DNA of 30,841 nucleotides from Candidatus Bathyarchaeia archaeon (GTDB taxonomy: Archaea > Thermoproteota > Bathyarchaeia > Bathyarchaeales > Bathycorpusculaceae), in contig JBBFKZ010000017.1 of NCBI GenBank assembly GCA_037481775.1, forward strand, positions 1-30,841, read 5' to 3'. The position numbers and the translations under genes are program-made. Below are positions 27,669 through 30,841 of this stretch, piece after piece; position 1 is the stretch's first letter; each line of letters opens with the position of its first letter. The notes below the pieces were generated by a model. The model was given only the letters and a program-made list of their open reading frames with translations, had not been told where the DNA came from and searched no databases.

Positions 27669-28628
27669 TTATAATCTAAGTTGTTGCAATGCACGCAATC
27701 GTTTAATTATGTTTGGGTGCGTCGAGAAAGCTTCAATCAACTTATCCGCGAAAGTCAGCTTCTTTGAAAGAATCTGCTGAACTAATTGCTGATCACTTTG
27801 AATCTCCATTGCAGATAACGCAACAGCATCCGCGTTCACCCGATCAGGATCAGCAATGAACAGCGCCTTGAAAGCGCTATTGCTTTGCGTTGCCTTTTGA
27901 CCGCGACTGGCCCGCCTTGTTGAATTGACTATCTTTGCTAGTCCAGTAGAGAGTTTCTGTGCACCGTTGTCTACGACAGAAACGCTGTGCCTATCCGCGT
28001 AGTATTCGCGGAGCCTACTTAAGTATAGAATCAACAAGTTCAGTATCCATGAAAAGGCTACAAATGCTATGCCGATTAAGGCGCTGCTACCTTCTTCTCT
28101 GCGCCCGCGGTATATTCCAGAAAGCATAAGCGAATAGCCAATATAGTAGAAAAGCGCTGGCAAGAAAGAAACCATCATCATAACTTGCACATCTTTGTGC
28201 TTCAGATGCCCAAGCTCATGCCCTATAACTGCCTCAACTTCAGCCTCATCTAGTGATTGCAAAAGCCCTTCGGTTACTGCGACACGATTGCCCGTGAGAG
28301 GAGATCCGTATGCAAAGGCGTTTGGAATTGGAATTTGTGCTATCATAAGTTTTGGCTTGGAGATTTTACTTTTTTGACTGAGGGTCTCAACTATCCGATG
28401 TAGTTGCGGGTTTTCATTTTCTGGAATTTCACGCACCCTGTATATAGCACCGATAAGATAGGGTGATATTAACCATTGAAGAATGTTAAAAGTTACAACA
28501 AGAAGACCTAGCGTTAATAAGTCGAATACTCCGACCAAACTCATAATTACTGCTAATACTAATGTGGACAAGCCAAAAATTATGGCTAATGTGCCGACCA
28601 TGGAAATCCGAAGTTTCCACAAATTCAT
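27669..28628 (-). CDS. htpX: HtpX-family (M48) membrane zinc metalloprotease
   Basis: PNAFAYG, HELGH zinc motif, SRLREYYAD, STHP; TM helices. Confidence 0.93.
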   Translation of the reverse strand: MNLWKLRISMVGTLAIIFGLSTLVLAVIMSLVGVFDLLTLGLLVVTFNILQWLISPYLIGAIYRVREIPENENPQLHRIVETLSQKSKISKPKLMIAQIPIPNAFAYGSPLTGNRVAVTEGLLQSLDEAEVEAVIGHELGHLKHKDVQVMMMVSFLPALFYYIGYSLMLSGIYRGRREEGSSALIGIAFVAFSWILNLLILYLSRLREYYADRHSVSVVDNGAQKLSTGLAKIVNSTRRASRGQKATQSNSAFKALFIADPDRVNADAVALSAMEIQSDQQLVQQILSKKLTFADKLIEAFSTHPNIIKRLRALQQLRL

Positions 28629-28811
28629 GGTTTCCTTCACAACATTCTAGTGAAGAAAGGCAACTTATATTTTTTATGCGAAATAAATGTTCTTCTGCTA
28701 CTTCAGCCAACTTACCGAGTAAAATACGGGGATTTTAGTGGCAATTCATTTCTATCCGCTTAAATACTGATTTCAATAATATTTTAGCTAAATACTGGAG
28801 AACTAAATCCA

Positions 28812-29501
28812 TTGTCCAACAAACGTGAATGGCAACATATCTACACGCTTATTAAACTAGCGGAGATGGGCGCTCACAGGCGAATCACAAAAACGTCAAC
28901 CGAATATTTGGCTGAGAAGCTGGAGATTTCCCAGCAGACATCATCTCGTTACTTGATAGAGCTTGAGCGCAAAGGTTGGATCCAGAGAACAGTAACTCCT
29001 GAAGGTAGCCTAATAAAAATCACCGATGAAGGCGCAAGAGAGCTACAAAAGCTATACGTTAACTTGAGATTTTTGCTAGAAGCAACTTACCCGCCCTCCA
29101 TTACCCTTGAAGGAACAGTCTTCACAGGTTTAGGTGAAGGCGCCTATTATATTCTAAAAGAGCCTTATAGACGGCAATTCATTGAAAAACTTGGATTTGA
29201 TCCCTACCCTGGCACACTCAACCTTAAGCTTACAACCGACTATGACCTTAAGGCGCGTGCAGAACTTGAAGCATACCCCGCTGTTGAAATTCAAGGATTC
29301 AAAAACGAAGATAGAACATTTGGGCTGGTTAAATGCTATCCCGCCAAAATAGATAACAAAGTCAAAGGTGCTTTGGTCTTTGCATTGCGCAGTCACTATG
29401 ACAAGTCGGTTTTAGAAGTAATTTCTCCAGTATACCTTAGAAAGCAACTTAACCTCAAGGACGGACATAAAGTGAAAGTAGAAATTTTCACTCTTCCATA
29501 G
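28812..29501 (+). CDS. ribK: CTP-dependent riboflavin kinase with N-terminal wHTH (RbkR-type)
   Basis: LAEKLEISQQTSSRYLIELE HTH; GLGEGAYY, PYPGTLN, LEVISPVYLR kinase motifs. Confidence 0.93.
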   Translation: MSNKREWQHIYTLIKLAEMGAHRRITKTSTEYLAEKLEISQQTSSRYLIELERKGWIQRTVTPEGSLIKITDEGARELQKLYVNLRFLLEATYPPSITLEGTVFTGLGEGAYYILKEPYRRQFIEKLGFDPYPGTLNLKLTTDYDLKARAELEAYPAVEIQGFKNEDRTFGLVKCYPAKIDNKVKGALVFALRSHYDKSVLEVISPVYLRKQLNLKDGHKVKVEIFTLP

Positions 29502-29503
29502 CA

Positions 29504-30115
29504 CTAAGAAGCAAGTAAATAAGAGTAGCTAATTGTATACTGCGATTCTGGTTTGCGTCTTAGTGCCAATAAATAGCCTAACAGCAAGCCGGTAATCAAG
29601 CCGCCTATATGCGCGTAGTTGTTAACACCAGGGCCTGAACTTAGAAACAACAGAAAAAACGCGTATATCAACGCACCAATTATGGATTGGCTGAAACTGC
29701 GTCTTGCGTAAATTGTAGCTGCCCCAAACATCGCAAAGATAGCTCCTGAAGCCCCCACCGAAGGAACATCAAGTGGCAAAAGCAGCAATGACAGCAAATT
29801 CCCCGTTAAACCGCCTAAGAAGTATATCAGCAAGTATTCTGGTAACGAGAACATTTCTTCGCTTCTCAATCCGAAAATTAAGAGAAAGAGCATGTTACCT
29901 GCAAGATGCGCTATATTCGCATGGACAAACATAGAAGTAAGAAGGCGGTAGTACTGTGCTTCATAAAGGACCAGAACATTTATTTGACCATACTCCAAAA
30001 TCATTCGACCACTGGTATTTAGAAAATCTCCGCCAACAAATGATGTGTAAACGTAAAAAGCTACATTCAGTGCAATAAGAATATACGTGGGCTTAAGCAT
30101 TTGGCCATTGCTCAT
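29504..30115 (-). CDS. Rhomboid-family intramembrane serine protease
   Basis: YRLLTSMFVH, HLAGNM, GASG catalytic Ser, AHIGG catalytic His. ATG 30115 preferred. Confidence 0.92.
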   Translation of the reverse strand: MSNGQMLKPTYILIALNVAFYVYTSFVGGDFLNTSGRMILEYGQINVLVLYEAQYYRLLTSMFVHANIAHLAGNMLFLLIFGLRSEEMFSLPEYLLIYFLGGLTGNLLSLLLLPLDVPSVGASGAIFAMFGAATIYARRSFSQSIIGALIYAFFLLFLSSGPGVNNYAHIGGLITGLLLGYLLALRRKPESQYTISYSYLLAS

Positions 30116-30122
30116 GTGCTTC

Positions 30123-30584
30123 TCATCTTGCAAAGTTCTCAATAATTCTCTGTCTTATCTTCGATGAACTATCTAAGGCATCTTCGCCAAATTTGCCGAT
30201 TTTAACGACTTGTACGTTTAATTTATGTTTATCCACATATTCTTGAACGCGCTTCTCTATATCTGACTGATCGTACCCTAAAGCAATCACATCTGGCTTG
30301 ATTCGCTTAATGACATTCGCTATGTCAAATTCCTCAAAACCAAGCACCGCCGCATTAACCACTTTTAAAGACTCAACCAAAGCACGCCGCTGGTTTTCTG
30401 GCATTATGGGTTTTCTTCCTTTGCTTTTTTCCACTGTACTATCCCTTGCGATTATAACTATAAGTTCTGCGTCTTTGCCGCCAGCTTTCTTGGCTTCCTC
30501 CAAAAACCGAACATGCCCCAAATGTAACAGGTCAAACACGCCTGAGGCTAGAACGATTTTTTTCTTTCCGTGTTTGTCGGCCAT
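30123..30584 (-). CDS. ribL: Archaeal FAD synthase (cytidylyltransferase family)
   Basis: GVFDLLHLGH, IIARD, PDVIALGYDQ, SSSKIR; close to ribK. ATG 30584 preferred. Confidence 0.85.
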   Translation of the reverse strand: MADKHGKKKIVLASGVFDLLHLGHVRFLEEAKKAGGKDAELIVIIARDSTVEKSKGRKPIMPENQRRALVESLKVVNAAVLGFEEFDIANVIKRIKPDVIALGYDQSDIEKRVQEYVDKHKLNVQVVKIGKFGEDALDSSSKIRQRIIENFAR

Positions 30585-30835
30585 TCGAACATCACGATAC
30601 CCATAAGCCTTAGCGCATCTAATAATCCTTCGCAATATGCAATCGATGTCAGGCTTATTTCAAGTTTTTTCTGAGACTTATAATACTTAGCATCTTCCAA
30701 ATAAGCACGGATATACCCCAAAATATTGTTAATGCTTTCCTCAGTTACGCTTGTTGAACCTTTTATAAGACGCAGATTCTCCAGAACTTTTTCTGCGGAA
30801 GCTATATACTTTGAAGTTAGCTCTTCCAAACTCAT
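30548..30835 (-). CDS. DUF357-family protein
   Basis: AYLEDAKYY...SIAYCEGLLDALR motif; overlaps the ribL start. Confidence 0.8.
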   Translation of the reverse strand: MSLEELTSKYIASAEKVLENLRLIKGSTSVTEESINNILGYIRAYLEDAKYYKSQKKLEISLTSIAYCEGLLDALRLMGIVMFEWPTNTERKKSF

Positions 30836-30841
30836 CAGGCA

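Noticed and set aside
38-30606. Many short antisense or out-of-frame ORFs in the track (for example 751-984, 4394-4810, 14238-14681, 25982-26338)
   Set aside because: They overlap well-supported genes and show no recognisable motifs.
1-30841. tRNA, rRNA, CRISPR arrays, transposases, integrases
   Set aside because: None recognised by eye and the intergenic gaps are short. A tRNAscan-SE or Infernal run would be needed to exclude small RNAs formally.

Overview
Archaeal chromosomal segment. Gene content and protein families fit Bathyarchaeia best, but that is an inference. It carries an H4MPT/methanofuran C1 module (fwdD-fwdB-fwdA-fwdC-mch) with scattered cofactor-maturation genes (mobB, fdhD, a RimK/MptN-type ATP-grasp ligase, a CitG-like ribosyltransferase). 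It also has lipS1, a PPP phosphatase with a coiled-coil partner, a peroxiredoxin, a Rieske protein and an Lrp regulator, valS, aspartate dehydrogenase, acdB, htpX, ribK/rbkR, a rhomboid protease and ribL. Two things stand out. (1) Three paralogous Pol-beta-fold nucleotidyltransferases sit next to the CitG-like gene, the first divergent from it across a 99-bp gap, and the third appears to use a non-canonical ACG start. Together they could supply CitG/CitX-type chemistry for the ribosyl-phosphate tail of methanopterin. (2) A clear TPP riboswitch, rare in archaea, heads a three-gene operon: thiT, a degenerate KaiC/RAD55-like ATPase and a PurM/HypE/ThiL-fold enzyme, a candidate thiamine salvage or sensing system. 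I saw no rRNA, tRNA, CRISPR array or mobile element.
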